From assembly GCA_030390025.1 (NCBI GenBank), contig CM059443.1:6324001-6388000 (forward strand): a stretch of DNA of 64,000 nucleotides, in the 5' to 3' direction. Under the pieces are notes generated by a model. It was not told the origin of the DNA, did no database searches, and saw nothing but the letters and a program-made list of their open reading frames with translations. The DNA is from Squalus acanthias. Lineage: Eukaryota. Shown here piece after piece: positions 38,473 through 50,204 of the stretch. A program made the position numbers and the translations under genes. How positions within the stretch are numbered: the first letter of the stretch is position 1; every line of letters begins with the position of its first letter.

Positions 38473-39577
38473 CTGGAAAGAATAAAATCAAAAATGGTGG
38501 CTGGGGCTGGGTGACCCCGCGCCACAGAGCCACTAGTGGTGGGAGGGCTGCGACTGCACGCTGGAGACTCAAAGCATTTCCAGTCATTTGTTACAGGGCC
38601 CGTCGCAGTTCAGTGACCAGATTAACATTGGAAATCCTATTAGAGCGTCTCCTACTGGCGTTACAGGGAAGCATCACCACTACTGTGGACTTCTGAACAC
38701 AAGAATCTTCATAGGAACGTCGACATAGGATTTTTCAATAGAACGCATGACCCATGTACTGATTTTAATATATTATAAATATTAAAAATATTGATAGATA
38801 GATCTCACTTAATATAAATGCTTATCCCTCTGACTGATCAGTGATTAGTGAGAACTATAGAGTGCGGAGTTCTTACTGATGCGTACCTGGTATAATCTCT
38901 TGACTCACTATATTACAACATATTACAACAGTGACTACACTTCAAAAATACTTCATTGGCTGTAAAGTATATATAAGTAGTTTATAGAACTATCGAGAAG
39001 CAGCTTGCAAGGTTTGGGCAGTGCAGCCTCGAGAAGCTCCTAACTCTCAGAAATCATTCATTTAGCGTCTTTGTAGCTATTGTGTGAACTTATAATCGGG
39101 AAGGAACTTATTTTTAGGGCCGTTTCATCCACCTCTATCTACTCAGAACTCCATCACCCGTCCCTTCAATTTGGTCCCCTCCTCTGCTGAAGGTCGGGCT
39201 TGATTACATCGGCTCAGGCCTCCCTCTGATGCCTTACCCAAGAGGCCATTCCTCATACCTGAGCCTCGACACTGAGGCCCAAAGTCTCCGATTGACATCA
39301 TTTTAACGCTGGCGGTAACCCGTTTAAAATAATGCCGATCGCAAAGCTCAGGCTTGAGTTTCATCAGGTTATCCTGTCGTGTGGGGAACCGCAGCTAAAC
39401 CTGGTCACACGATGGACGGATGGGGAGGGAGGAGGGAATATTGTTCGATCAGCTTCTCGTGTGATTGAATCTGTCCTGGTGCCTGGCTGCCCAGTTGTTC
39501 CACTTTCCAACGGGAGTCACTGGACCACAATCAAGAGTGGGAACTCTGGCTGCTTGTTCCCTAAGGCCAACTGTACC

Positions 39578-39625
39578 ACCCCAACCGTAGGACCCCAACC
39601 GTAGGACCCCAACCGTAGGGTCCCA
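39578..39625. repeat. 15-bp tandem repeat x3
   Basis: Unit ccccaaccgtaggac. Confidence 0.85.
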
Positions 39626-40176
39626 ACTGAGGTTAGCTCATTTATCAGACTGGGATCAAACCTGGGCCCATCCTGCTCTGTATGGCTCTGAGTGTATTTA
39701 TCTGCCAGTCACTGAGGGAGCTTGCTTACTTTAGGAAAACAATTTAATACCCTGTATTAATGGCAACTTAAATAACCGAAATGGTCCCAGGGTGAGCATA
39801 ACAATTTGTAGAGGTTGTTAAAATTGAGCATGGTTGATCCTAAGCCAAGACATGACCGCATTAAGGAGAGGTATCTGTATGGGTTAGATGTGGAACTCCA
39901 AAAGACTACAATGGATGCAGAAAACGGGTATAGTTCAAGAGGGTGGAGCATGAAGAATTCCTAAGGGATTCTGGGTAAAATCTGTTGCTAGGTTATGGAC
40001 AGGGTTGTCTGATGGGGTTTAAAACAACAACAGTCTTGTGTAGGTCGGTTGGGTAGGACCAGCGGGGTTTGTTTTTTTAAAAAACAGTTAGTAAAATGCA
40101 AGCATGCATTTTAAGCTATTTGTGACATTAGTCTGGAGAGGGTTTTGTGAATTAGGCTTCGAAGCCAAATACTTAC

Positions 40177-40185
40177 CAAAGGATT
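40177..40185 (-). CDS. PTPRS: PTPRS microexon meA3 (9 nt, ESF)
   Basis: Minus strand reads ttctttctttctgtttcttaatcttaaag|AATCCTTTG|gtaagt. In phase 1 this gives E-S-F, like PTPRD ESI and PTPRS ETF, at the expected position after ...KQLRS. Confidence 0.9.
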
Positions 40186-41147
40186 CTTTAAGATTAAGAA
40201 ACAGAAAGAAAGAAAACATTATAGAAGACATTATTCAGCTACATAGTCATTGTTATGTAACATTAAAAAGCTTTAGACTTAAATGTTTTACTTAGGTTCA
40301 AACACATTAGAAAAAAAGAGGTTAATTCAATTCACTGTCATCTTATTTAAATGATTGTTAGTATTTTTTTGTTGTTAATATAATGAGCAACATGCATTCG
40401 CAAAATAGCAAGGATAGACCAGTTGCTAAAGTCAAAGTTCAAAACCATGGCAATAGAGGTCCTTGAACCTTTTGGGGAGTTCAATCATGTGAAGGATTAA
40501 GTGCAGCTCACTGCAGGATGTGAGGTTTAGATTAAACATTTATACGTTAGTTCCTTTTTTAAAATAGGTTTTATTTTAGACTTAGTATACAAGTTAAAAA
40601 ATTCAACCGGTCAGGTTTTTTTTTGGTACCATGTTCACTGAAGTTCTTGATACAACTTGTTCACTTTGCCAATGGTTCCACTGGGTTAAAATGGCTGCCG
40701 CCTCCTCACCTACACATACCACAACCAGCAAGGACAGCATAAAAGCTTCATAAGAGTTTCCCAATCCCAACGATTACTTTCAATTTGACACATTGGTCAC
40801 AGAATGGAATCCCAAATGGAAAAAAATAAGAGAGAGAAAAGAAAAACAAGAAGAAAAAGAACAAAAAATAAATAAATGGAGGTTACAGTAGGCCCAGGGA
40901 GGAAGAGCCACTTCAAAGAATATAATGAAAGGAACTGGAGATACAGTCACAGCAGTGAGCAGCGTGAATCAAAGAAAGCTCTACGCACAGGACAGACAGA
41001 CAGAATGACAAGCTATGAGGACGTCACAAACATCAACAGCAGTAACAGCTACACAAAGGTCTTTTGGTTCCACGTTTTCTCTTAAAGAAGCAGATTAATC
41101 ATTTTTGGATTTGTCGGTAATATTTTGGTTTTTTTTCCGGCCCCTAC

Positions 41148-41333
41148 CTGACCGCAACTGTTTGATGCGTGTACTGGAGCTCGGGTCGACAGGCAGGAAG
41201 TCTTTGAACCAGGTGATCTCGGGATCTGGGTTTCCACTGGCCGCGCACAGCATGGTAGCCGTTCGGGTACGCTCCACCACCTTCAGCTGGGGGCCCATGT
41301 CGATGTTAGGGAAGCCGGAAGGCAGCTGGTCCT
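41148..41333 (-). CDS. PTPRS: PTPRS (LAR-family receptor PTP sigma) coding exon, first part of Ig2 domain
   Basis: 186-nt phase 1-1 exon, acceptor ttttgctcgcag|AG and donor CAG|gtaggg. Encodes [75 protein letters not shown] matches PTPRS rather than PTPRD (EDQIPRGFPTIDM). Confidence 0.95.
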
Positions 41334-43149
41334 CTGCGAGCAAAAAGTGGAGAGGGAAGACAATTAGAAAAACTCAAACCTAGTTTACGTGAGGCCTGAA
41401 AAGGGAAAACCCCCAAATAGTCCATCCATTTTACTTAAATTGCATTGGGACCAGAAAGACAGAAAGTACTAATTAATGGACTCATTGACTCCAGTTGTGA
41501 ATGCAGGCCCAGGTGTGTAATCTAACCTCTTACCTGCCCCACTTAAATAGCCCCAACACCGAACAGCGCCAAACAGGGTGGTGGCACTGGGTCTGCAGAC
41601 TCCAAAATCCAGCAAAGTTGGCTAATTCGCCATCTTGACAGAAAACCGCACTCGCATTCCAAGAGCCAACCCTGAATTCCACCCTTTCGACATACAACGG
41701 GTTGAGAGGAACTTTATAGAGCACAATCTATACATTGTATGATGGACAGGAGTAGCAGAGATGCAGTATAACCCTCATGTTTTGTGAAGAATTGGCTTTT
41801 ACGCTGTAGAATTCTACACAGAACCACTTCGCTTGGCTAGAATTGTACAGAATCCAACGGTATGCTCATTCAGGGATGGAACAAGATGGTGATTTTGAGG
41901 GAGAGCTTTTTTTCTTGCCCCCCCCCATTTATTTTTAGAAATTCTCCCTTCCACCATTTCCCGCCCTGTCCATTGTCTTCCTTTCTGGTTCCACAGGCGC
42001 TGCTTAACCTTTCATACCTTCTCCAAGTGGCCGTTATTCATGCGTGGCCTAGACAGAGTGCGTCGGGAGGCTATTCAACCGGGCGGGGAAGGGGGGGGGG
42101 GCCCATTCGGTCCTTGTCCGACATCCACACAAGCACATTTTCCAGTAGGAGGTTGTTGACATCAATCGGCAGCAGGAATCCTTTTGACTTAAGGCCAATT
42201 GTAATGCTCATTCAGGAATGGAAAAAAGACGGCGTTTTTGAGGGAGAGTTTCTCTCATTGGTGGATAAATCCCAAAAAAACAGAGCCCCAAGTATCAGCA
42301 ACGTGAGATATACGCGAATTAATGGAAAGCTGGATTTAAAACGTGTGGTCCATGAGGCTTCATTGTGGGCCTCTGAGATGCGTACTAAGACAAAACGCTC
42401 GGACCTTCAGCTTGTTTCCAGGAATCTGGATTAAATTCAACAATCTGCCGAGTAGATCCTGAGCCCAATCGATATCCTTCCCTCCCTTCCTGCCACGTCT
42501 TGCGACAGCTGCTCTCCCTCTCCTTCTCAGTCACAAAGCAGCAGTCCACAATGTGCAGAGCCACGAGCTGGCCTGAGGTACGAGCTACATGGTGCATGGT
42601 TACTCCCGTACCACTTTTACTCTTCGTTTACCCCCTTACGGTAAAGAGAGGTGGACAGTTTCTGCTCAGCCACCTCCCCCACCATGGGGCAGTCTGGAGA
42701 GCTGTGTGGTAATAATTATGCCACTATTTACCGCGAACTGGCTCTTAGTTTGGATTCGGCATGTCCATTTAAGTCATATAAAAAAGAAAAATGTCTCGTG
42801 TAAAGCTCATCTCAAAGAAGTAGGTAAATCTTTCAAAGACTTGCCCGACATGCCATCAATTAGAGCAGCTCGTGGCAACACACCTTCCTCTCTGCAAAAC
42901 CGATTTAACTTCATAATCCTCTCCTCTGTCACATTGTACAAATTAGTGCCTGCATGAGGATATGCAAATGGCTGATTTGAAATCATTCAGGATGGAAGTA
43001 GGACTGATTCACCAACCTGACTGTTCCCAGAAGCAGTTTCAAATGCACATATTTAATTAATGGCCAGTTCCCAGAGTGAAAAATCTACATGAAAATAAGA
43101 TTACCATTTTTCTGTTTAATTAGAAAAGAACTAAAAAGGCAGTAATACT

Positions 43150-43560
43150 GCGAGAAAACTGTAGAGACAGAGAGAGAAAAATAAATAGACAGAGAGAAAA
43201 ACAGATAAAGAAATATGAAGAACAATAGGGAAAATAGACAAAGATAGATAGAAAGATGGAGAAAGAAATAGACAGAGAGACTGAAGAGAGAGTGAGAGCA
43301 CGAGATAAACAGGCACAGGCACACACAGACAGACTGAGAGAAGACACAGACAGAGCCCGACAGAGACAGACAGAGCCTGACAGAGACAGACAGACAGACA
43401 GACAGAAGACACAGAGACAGGCAGGCAGCGAGAGAGAGACAGACAGATAGACAGACAGAAGACACAGAGACAGGCAGGCAGCGAGAGAGAGACAGACAGA
43501 TAGACAGACAGAAGACACAGAGACAGGCAGGCAGCGAGAGAGAGACAGACAGAGAAAATA
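43150..43560. repeat. (GACA/GA)n tract with 53-bp higher-order unit x3
   Basis: Unit gacagaagacacagagacaggcaggcagcgagagagagacagacagatagaca starts at 43401, 43454 and 43507. Confidence 0.92.
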
Positions 43561-44055
43561 GATACTGAAAACAGGAGAGGAAGAAAAATAAGTGAGCCGG
43601 TGAAGGAGGAAGCCTCAAAATTCCTGCCAGTGATAATAGCAAATGCTGCCCAATATTTTAGCGAGGCACTAACCTGCGGACACAGGAATATTAATCTGCT
43701 GAATGCCAACAACAATTTCTAAGTATCAGAGAAAGGACAGAAAAAAAGGAAGACAGAGGGAGAGAGAGAGAGAGATACAAGTAATCAATGTCCAGCTGGC
43801 CCTACAGAACGAGAAGGGCAAAATAAATAAAAGATTTCCCAGCTGCCTGACAGAGCTGGACTCTAATTCTCGAAGCACACTCACGATCATTTGCCTTCCA
43901 TCTCGTCATCCCATGATTTCCATGGGAACAGTGTTGCTAAGTCAGAAGAGTACCAGGTGTCAGAAGGTCACACGAGAGATGCAAGTACTGTCCGTTTGGC
44001 TGATGTGTTGGTGACCCAGCCCTCCTCCGAAAACACGGCTTCTCATTTTGACAGA

Positions 44056-44262
44056 AGTGAGAAGTCGCACAACACCAGGTTATAGTCCAACAGCTTTATT
44101 TGAAATCACAAGCTTTCGGAGCGCTGCTCCTTCGTCAGGTCACCTGACGAAGGAGCAGCGCTCCGAAAGCTTGTGATTTCAAATAAAGCTGTTGGACTAT
44201 AACCTGGTGTTGTGCGACTTCTCACATTTGTCCACCCCAGTCCAACACCGGCATCTCCACAT
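44056..44262 (+). mobile_element. Palindromic hammerhead-bearing mini-element (family A, Penelope-like), copy 1
   Basis: Perfect 84-bp arms 44057-44140 and 44142-44225, then a 37-bp tail. Flanked by CATTTTGACAGA at 44044-44055 and 44260-44271. Confidence 0.85.
44139..44177 (+). ncRNA. Minimal type I hammerhead ribozyme motif
   Basis: Stem I GUCAC/GUGAU, core CUGACGA, an extra A, stem II GGAGC-AGC-GCUCC, GAAA, and a palindromic stem III AGCU. Predicted cleavage is after CUU at 44172. Confidence 0.7.
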
Positions 44263-44484
44263 TTTGACAGAGGCAGTTATATTGGCACAGTGGCGATCTG
44301 TTACAAGTCCATTCTCATCAGTTCCGTGCTAACGAGTTCAATAACTTGAATACAGGTGTGGTGAAACAGCATAATGGGCACGGCAAGGCCCCTTCAATCC
44401 TCCCTTGCGCTGCTCATGGTTCTCTAACATGACGCTTTCCACCTTCTCACTTTGGCTATGTGTATGGAGAGAGAACAGGTCGTT

Positions 44485-44710
44485 TGTGTCTAGGCCCTAA
44501 GCTCTGGAATTTCCTCCCTAAACCTCTCCGCCCTCTCTCTCGTTCATTAAGTTGCTCCATAAAACCTACCTCTGTGACCGAGCTGTTGGTCACCTGTCCT
44601 AGTGTCTCCTTCTTTAGCTCGGTGTCAATGTTTGTCTGATAACGCTCCTGTGAAGCACCTTGGGACGTTTTTACAACGTTCAAGGTGCTATATAAATGCA
44701 AGTTGTTGTT
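44485..44710 (+). mobile_element. L2-like LINE 3' end
   Basis: ctctggaatttcctccctaaacctctccgcc...ctccataaaacctacctct...gctatataaatgcaagttgttgtt. An antisense relative lies at about 51035-51400. Confidence 0.65.
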
Positions 44711-45544
44711 GCGATGGTGGTTGAACGATGTATAGCCAAACAGTAAAGTACAAGTCGGTGGAAAGTCACACTCAGGTTAGACACCACCTTGAGTACTCTG
44801 TCCATTCTGGGCACCCGACAAAAGGCATTCAAGACATTCAAGCGCTGAAGGTGGTGCAGAGAAGAACCACGAGGCTGATCCTTGCGTCAAAGGATTGAAC
44901 TGTGAGAAGCGACTAGAGAAACTCAGGATTTTCATTCTCGAAATGAGGTGACCGAGAGAGACCCAGCTAAGGTAGATTATAATAAACTTGCATTTACAGA
45001 GCACTCACCACCTCTCTCAGCAATGTCTCGAAGCACTTCACATACGTAAATTACTGTGACGCACTGTGGCCTTTGTTATTTGAACATACAAAAAGAAAAG
45101 GACGGGTCAAAGGTCGAGGCCCACCAAGGAAATGTCCTCTTCACCCAGGAACCTGCCAAGTTCCCTTTTAAAAGGCTGCAGCTATCCATACCCGCCACAA
45201 GTCCCCACATTCAGTAAAAGAGGCAGGTGATTATCTGTGAAAAGAAATACTTTTTGGAATTTGGCTACTTTGCCTCAGGATTTTACACCTTGCCCTCCCG
45301 TCCTACCATCCTTATCCAACTCCAATAACCCATCTAACCGGACTGAATCCATAACCTTCATCATTTTAAGAACCTAAATCATATCTCTCTAAGCCAGTGC
45401 TTCTTTAAATAGCCCCTACTCTTGGAACCTATGCTTATAACTAAGAGCCCAGTCTGGTCACCTCCCCCCCTCTGCACCTTCTCCCAGAACCTCAATATCC
45501 TTAGCCATGTAAAATTAGAGTGAGATGATTAACAAATTAGCCTG

Positions 45545-45873
45545 GTTTTTCTGTTCCCATTGGCGGAAGGGTCAAGAACCAGAGGACACAGATTTAAGGT
45601 GATTGGCAAAAGAACCAAAGGCAACATGAGGAAAAACGTTTTTACGCAGCGAGTGGTTATGATCTGGAATGCACTGCCTGAGAGGGTGGTGGAGGCAGAC
45701 TCAATCATGGCTTTCAAAAGGGAATTGGATAAGTACCTGAAGGAAAAAAAATTGCCAGGCTACGGGGAAAGGGCGGGGGAGTGGCACTAGCTGAAGTGCT
45801 CTTGCAGAGAGCCGGCACGGGCTCGACGGGCCAAATGGCCTCCTTCTGTGCTGTGACTATTCTATGATTCTAT
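45545..45873 (+). mobile_element. CR1 LINE 3' fragment
   Basis: SRTRGHRFKV...FTQRVVMIWNALPERVVEA, with a tail ending (attctatg)n. Confidence 0.9.
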
Positions 45874-45954
45874 GGTGTTGATTGCGAGAGGAACATTGGA
45901 CAGAAGAACAGTGCATGTTCAGCTGACCACCCTGTACAAGAGCTTTTTTAAAAT

Positions 45955-46230
45955 TAGTTCTCGGAATGTGGGCAACACTGGCAAGGCCGGGATTTATTGC
46001 CCATCTCTAGTTGCCCTGAGAAGGTGGTGGGGAGCTGTCTCCTTGAACCATGGTAGTCCCTGTGGTGAAGGTGCTCCCACAATGCTATTGGGTAAGGAGT
46101 TCCAGGATTTTGACCCAGCGACATTGAAGGGAATGGCGATATTTCCAAGTCAGGATGGTGTGTGCAGGAATTTCTGCAGTGTGTCCTGTAGATAGGACAC
46201 ACTGCAGCCACGGTCGCTGATGGTGGATGT
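45955..46230 (-). mobile_element. LINE 3' end (second family)
   Basis: Minus strand has aaaatcctggaactccttacccaatagcattgtggga...gatgggcaataaat. The same tail occurs on + at about 13978-14030. Confidence 0.6.
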
Positions 46231-46349
46231 TTAGCTCTACTGGTAAAATCCGCGAATATGGGCTTTGGGTCAGGACTTGATTCACATCGTCCGTGACGTC
46301 CTCACTATCGAACAGTTTAGCAACACTCACTGTCTAGACTCATACACAG

Positions 46350-46790
46350 AAATACATAGAAGTTACAACACGGAAACAGACCATTCACTCAGCCAGTCCA
46401 TGTTTGCATTTGCCTTCCAAATGAGCAAAGAGTTCTAAACACATCCTGTTCCCATATCCCTTTCTCCCCTTTTACTTCATCCACCTCTCCAATCTAACTT
46501 TCAATGTTACCATAGTTTCTGCCTCAATCACTAATCCTGGAAGGGAATTCCATAACCTTCTTCCTTCTCGAAAGCTTCAATATCCTTCCTACAGTGTGTA
46601 GCCCAATACTGCACACAGTACTCTCACTGAGGTCTTATTAAGGTTTTCTATTGGCTCATCATTACCTGTTGGCTTTAATATTCTATAATTCTTGTGATAA
46701 AACCTAGAATTCTATTAGTTTGTTTTTTATAGTCTTATCAACTGAGGGGCTGCATTTAATGTCCTGTGAACCTGTATCCCCAAATCCCTC
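46350..46790 (-). mobile_element. Old CR1 LINE fragment
   Basis: Reverse complement gives gagtactgtgtgcagtattgg and the CR1 tail. Confidence 0.6.
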
Positions 46791-47619
46791 ATCTCTTTCA
46801 TGTATAGTGTGGCCAGTTGGGTGAGGTTGTGAAGGTGGCTTTATCCCAAAAGGAGTCAACACCTTCAGGAGAGATGGGAGAAAATTGGGGTTTACAAGCT
46901 CCTCTTTATTTATCTACAGCTCTCGCAGTCAACCTCCAAAACATTTTCAGCAGCGGGCTGCCACACCCCCTTGGGCTTGACCTCCGTCTTAAAGAGGTTT
47001 GCCATCATGCAAAAGTGTTTGGCAAACTATTTTTTTTTTAAATGGGAAGGGAGAAAAAAACTACAGTTCTTTTTCTCAGAATGTGTCATACACAAAGCAC
47101 TCAATGCTGTACTTTGTCCCAATTTGTATCACTGCATTGCGTGCATTCAAGTGAAATAAAGCTTGTCCTTTCTCGAAGATGACGTGGCCGCTTTAGCTGG
47201 TTGTCTAAGTACAGCCAAAAAACGTGCTGTTCCAGTATGTGATCTTGTGTAAAATTCTGGTTACCCTCAACAGGCTGATCAGGGGCTACACTTGATATAA
47301 GCCCCTGTCAGGAGAGCCTCCATTCCGACACAAATCCTATGTTCAGCAGCTGAGTTACGAGGAGAGGCGGCAGAAGCCGGGATTGTTCACATTGGAGAAG
47401 AGAAGGCTCGGTGATCTTACTTAAGTATTCAGGATCCGAAAGGCAAGATAAAGAATAAGCTTAAAATAGTCATGGTTTCTACAAAAGGGCATCACCTCAA
47501 ACTTAGAAGAGGGAGGGTGAAGAGATAGTTTAGGTATAACTGCTTTGCATAGAGGGCGATGCACATTTGGGCTGACCTGCCAAGGGAAGCAGTGGGAACA
47601 AATTCAAGAGAGAGTTGGA

Positions 47620-48515
47620 TAAGTGTTGATGTTCAGAGAGATTTGGGTGTCCTTGTGCAAGAAACACAGAAAGCAATAAGGAAGGCAAATGGCATGAGTA
47701 AGGAAGTCTTGCTACAATTGTACAGGGCCTTGGTGAGACCACACCTGGAGTACTGTGCACCAGTTTTGGTCTCCTTATCTAAGGAATGATATACTTGCCT
47801 AGGAGGCGGTGCAACGAAGGTTCACTAGACTGATTCCTGGGATGAGAGGGCTATCCTATGATGACAGATTGTGTAGAATGGGCCGATACTCTCTGGAGTT
47901 TAGAAGAATGAGAGGTGATCTCATTGAAACATACAAGATTCTGAAGGGGATTGACAGGGTAGATGCTGAGAGGTTGTTTCCCTTGGCTGGAGTGTCTAGA
48001 ACTAGGGGGCATAGTCTCAGGATAAGGGGTAGGCCATTTAAGACCGAGATGAGGAGGAATTTCTTCACTTAGAGGGTTGTGAATCTTTGGAATTCTCTGC
48101 CCCAGAGGGCTGTGAATGCTGAGTCATTGAGTATATTCAAGATGTGGAGATGCCGGTGTTGGACTGGGGTGGACAAATGTGAGAAGTCGCACAACACCAG
48201 GTTATAGTCCAACAGCTTTATTTGAAATCACAAGTTTTCGGAGCGCTGCTCCTTCGTCAGGTGAAGTAGGAGGACCTGACGAAGGAGCAGCGCTCCGAAA
48301 GCTTGTGATTTCAGATAAAGCTGTTGGACTATAACCTGGTGTTGTGAGTATATTCAAGGCTGAGATAGGTAGATTTTTGGACTCTAGGGGAATCAAAGGA
48401 TATGGGGATCGGGCGGGAAAGTGGAGTTGAGGTCGATGATCAGCCATGATCTTATTGAACGGCGGTGCAGGCTCGAGGGGCCGTATGGCCTACTCCTGCT
48501 CCTATTTCTTATGTA
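47620..48515 (+). mobile_element. Young CR1 LINE 3' fragment, interrupted by family A element
   Basis: LYRALVRPHLEYC and QRRFTRLIPGMRGLSY...RRMRGDLIETYKI. Near-identical to 50205-50972. Confidence 0.92.
48142..48344 (-). mobile_element. Palindromic hammerhead-bearing mini-element (family A), copy 2
   Basis: Same sequence as 44056-44262 in reverse orientation, with a longer central spacer and one shorter arm. 14-bp TSD TGAGTATATTCAAG at 48128-48141 and 48345-48358. Confidence 0.88.
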
Positions 48516-50204
48516 CCTGTGAAACCTTTGAGACCGGCGTATGAGAGGTGTGCTGGGATATTATATTTCCTAGACACTGGGTCCAACCAGATGAACATTC
48601 GTGGGCTTTCCCAGTCCTGTACAGTCCCCTGGCCCTATTGTACTTGGATTACCAGCTAACTCCTAGCCATGATGGATTTCCACCTTTTACAATGAAGCAT
48701 CACCACATTCAGCCTATCTACCAACAGGCCAGGTTCCTGTTTCCAGCCAGCTCCCTCCTGGGGCAGTGCGCCATTCCCGCTGAAAGGAGCACTTGGCTGT
48801 TGCCTGCGCTTTAATTAGTTTCTTGGCCCCAATTCCAACACAGGGTCTGCTGGTGACGGCACTGTATCCACAGAACAGAGTTCACAGCACACAAAAAACA
48901 GGCCTAATTTATCACTTTCAGAGAGGGGAGCAGAGGCTGAAGGCATGATGAATGAATGCTATACAACCTGTGAAAACAGTACTGTCAAAGGAGCAGGACA
49001 AATGGTCTTTGGCATGGCCAGCCTTAAAATAGAGAGGTGTAGACATTAATGTCACAAAGAGATGCAGGTAAGGTTTACACATTTGCATTCATTCGTGTGT
49101 TTGCTTTTTGAACATTCATGTCTGTCTTGCAAGGGGCATAATCCTCTTGTACCCAAGACTTGCAAACTGCAGCCTCTCTCTCCCATACTGGCACAATGAT
49201 CCTGTCCCCTAGACTGGGAGTGTTATCCACAAATTTGGTAATGACACATATACACATCTGCATTTCTAGATCCATAGACTTCAGAGCAGCTCCAGATTCA
49301 TGTACTGTACAAACGCCTCGCATCATTGGGAGCTCGAGGCCCTTGGGATGTCTGATGTCATCGCCAGTCGCACACACAACATGCAGCTCTGGCTCCTGTT
49401 GGAATAGCCGCTGATCTGAGGAACAGGCTCTGCAGATACTGTGCAGGGAACATTGCCCTCCTCCTCCTGCTCTCCAATCACACATCACCTACGATAGACC
49501 ATAGACGCAGGCATAGCTGGAACAGCTCTGCCCTCAAGAGCTCCTGATCGCTATCCAGTGACCCCTGTACGTGTGTGGAGGGCAGGTGCGGACAGGAGCA
49601 GGCTCAGCTCTGATGCTCCTCCCGGTTGGACAGCCTGCTAATACTCACTGTCTGAGCTCTGACGTGAAGAATGGGCAACTTAAGCAAGGTACTGGAGGGG
49701 GACTGGTGCCCGTGGAACTGTATCCCCGTACCAGCATTTTCCTTCTTTCTGGACTGCGCCTGTTCCTTGTAAGGCTTCCACTCTCTCGTTTTTCAGATGT
49801 TATTGTTTTCTTGCTGTTCAAGTTCTATTTTGCTGGGAGCTGTTCTCACTCTCCGGCTCAGTGACAGCTCTCGAGCCGGTCAGTGATTGCTCCTCTGACA
49901 CGCTCCATTTAACCCAATCCACTGTTACATTACTCATTACAATCATGTTGAGGAATTCCAGCTCGCTGGAAACCTCCGGAACATTCAGTGTTAACTGCTG
50001 GTTCTCGCGGACCGGATATTTATAGCAAATCACCAGCAGCACCAAACTCACAGCTTTATTTCTGAACGTTTGCTTTGTCTACACATATCTGTCACTGAAC
50101 CAAATTTCATTTAATTCAAAAGCGAAGCAAGCTCGTGCATGTTATAGATTGAAACAAATAAAGTGAAGTTGCTCTTGAAATCAGAAGGGTGGGTTTGACT
50201 ATTC

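Noticed and set aside
43085-43715. Long S/L/C/V-rich minus-strand ORFs (132-194 aa)
   Set aside because: They are translations of the GACA/GA simple repeat.
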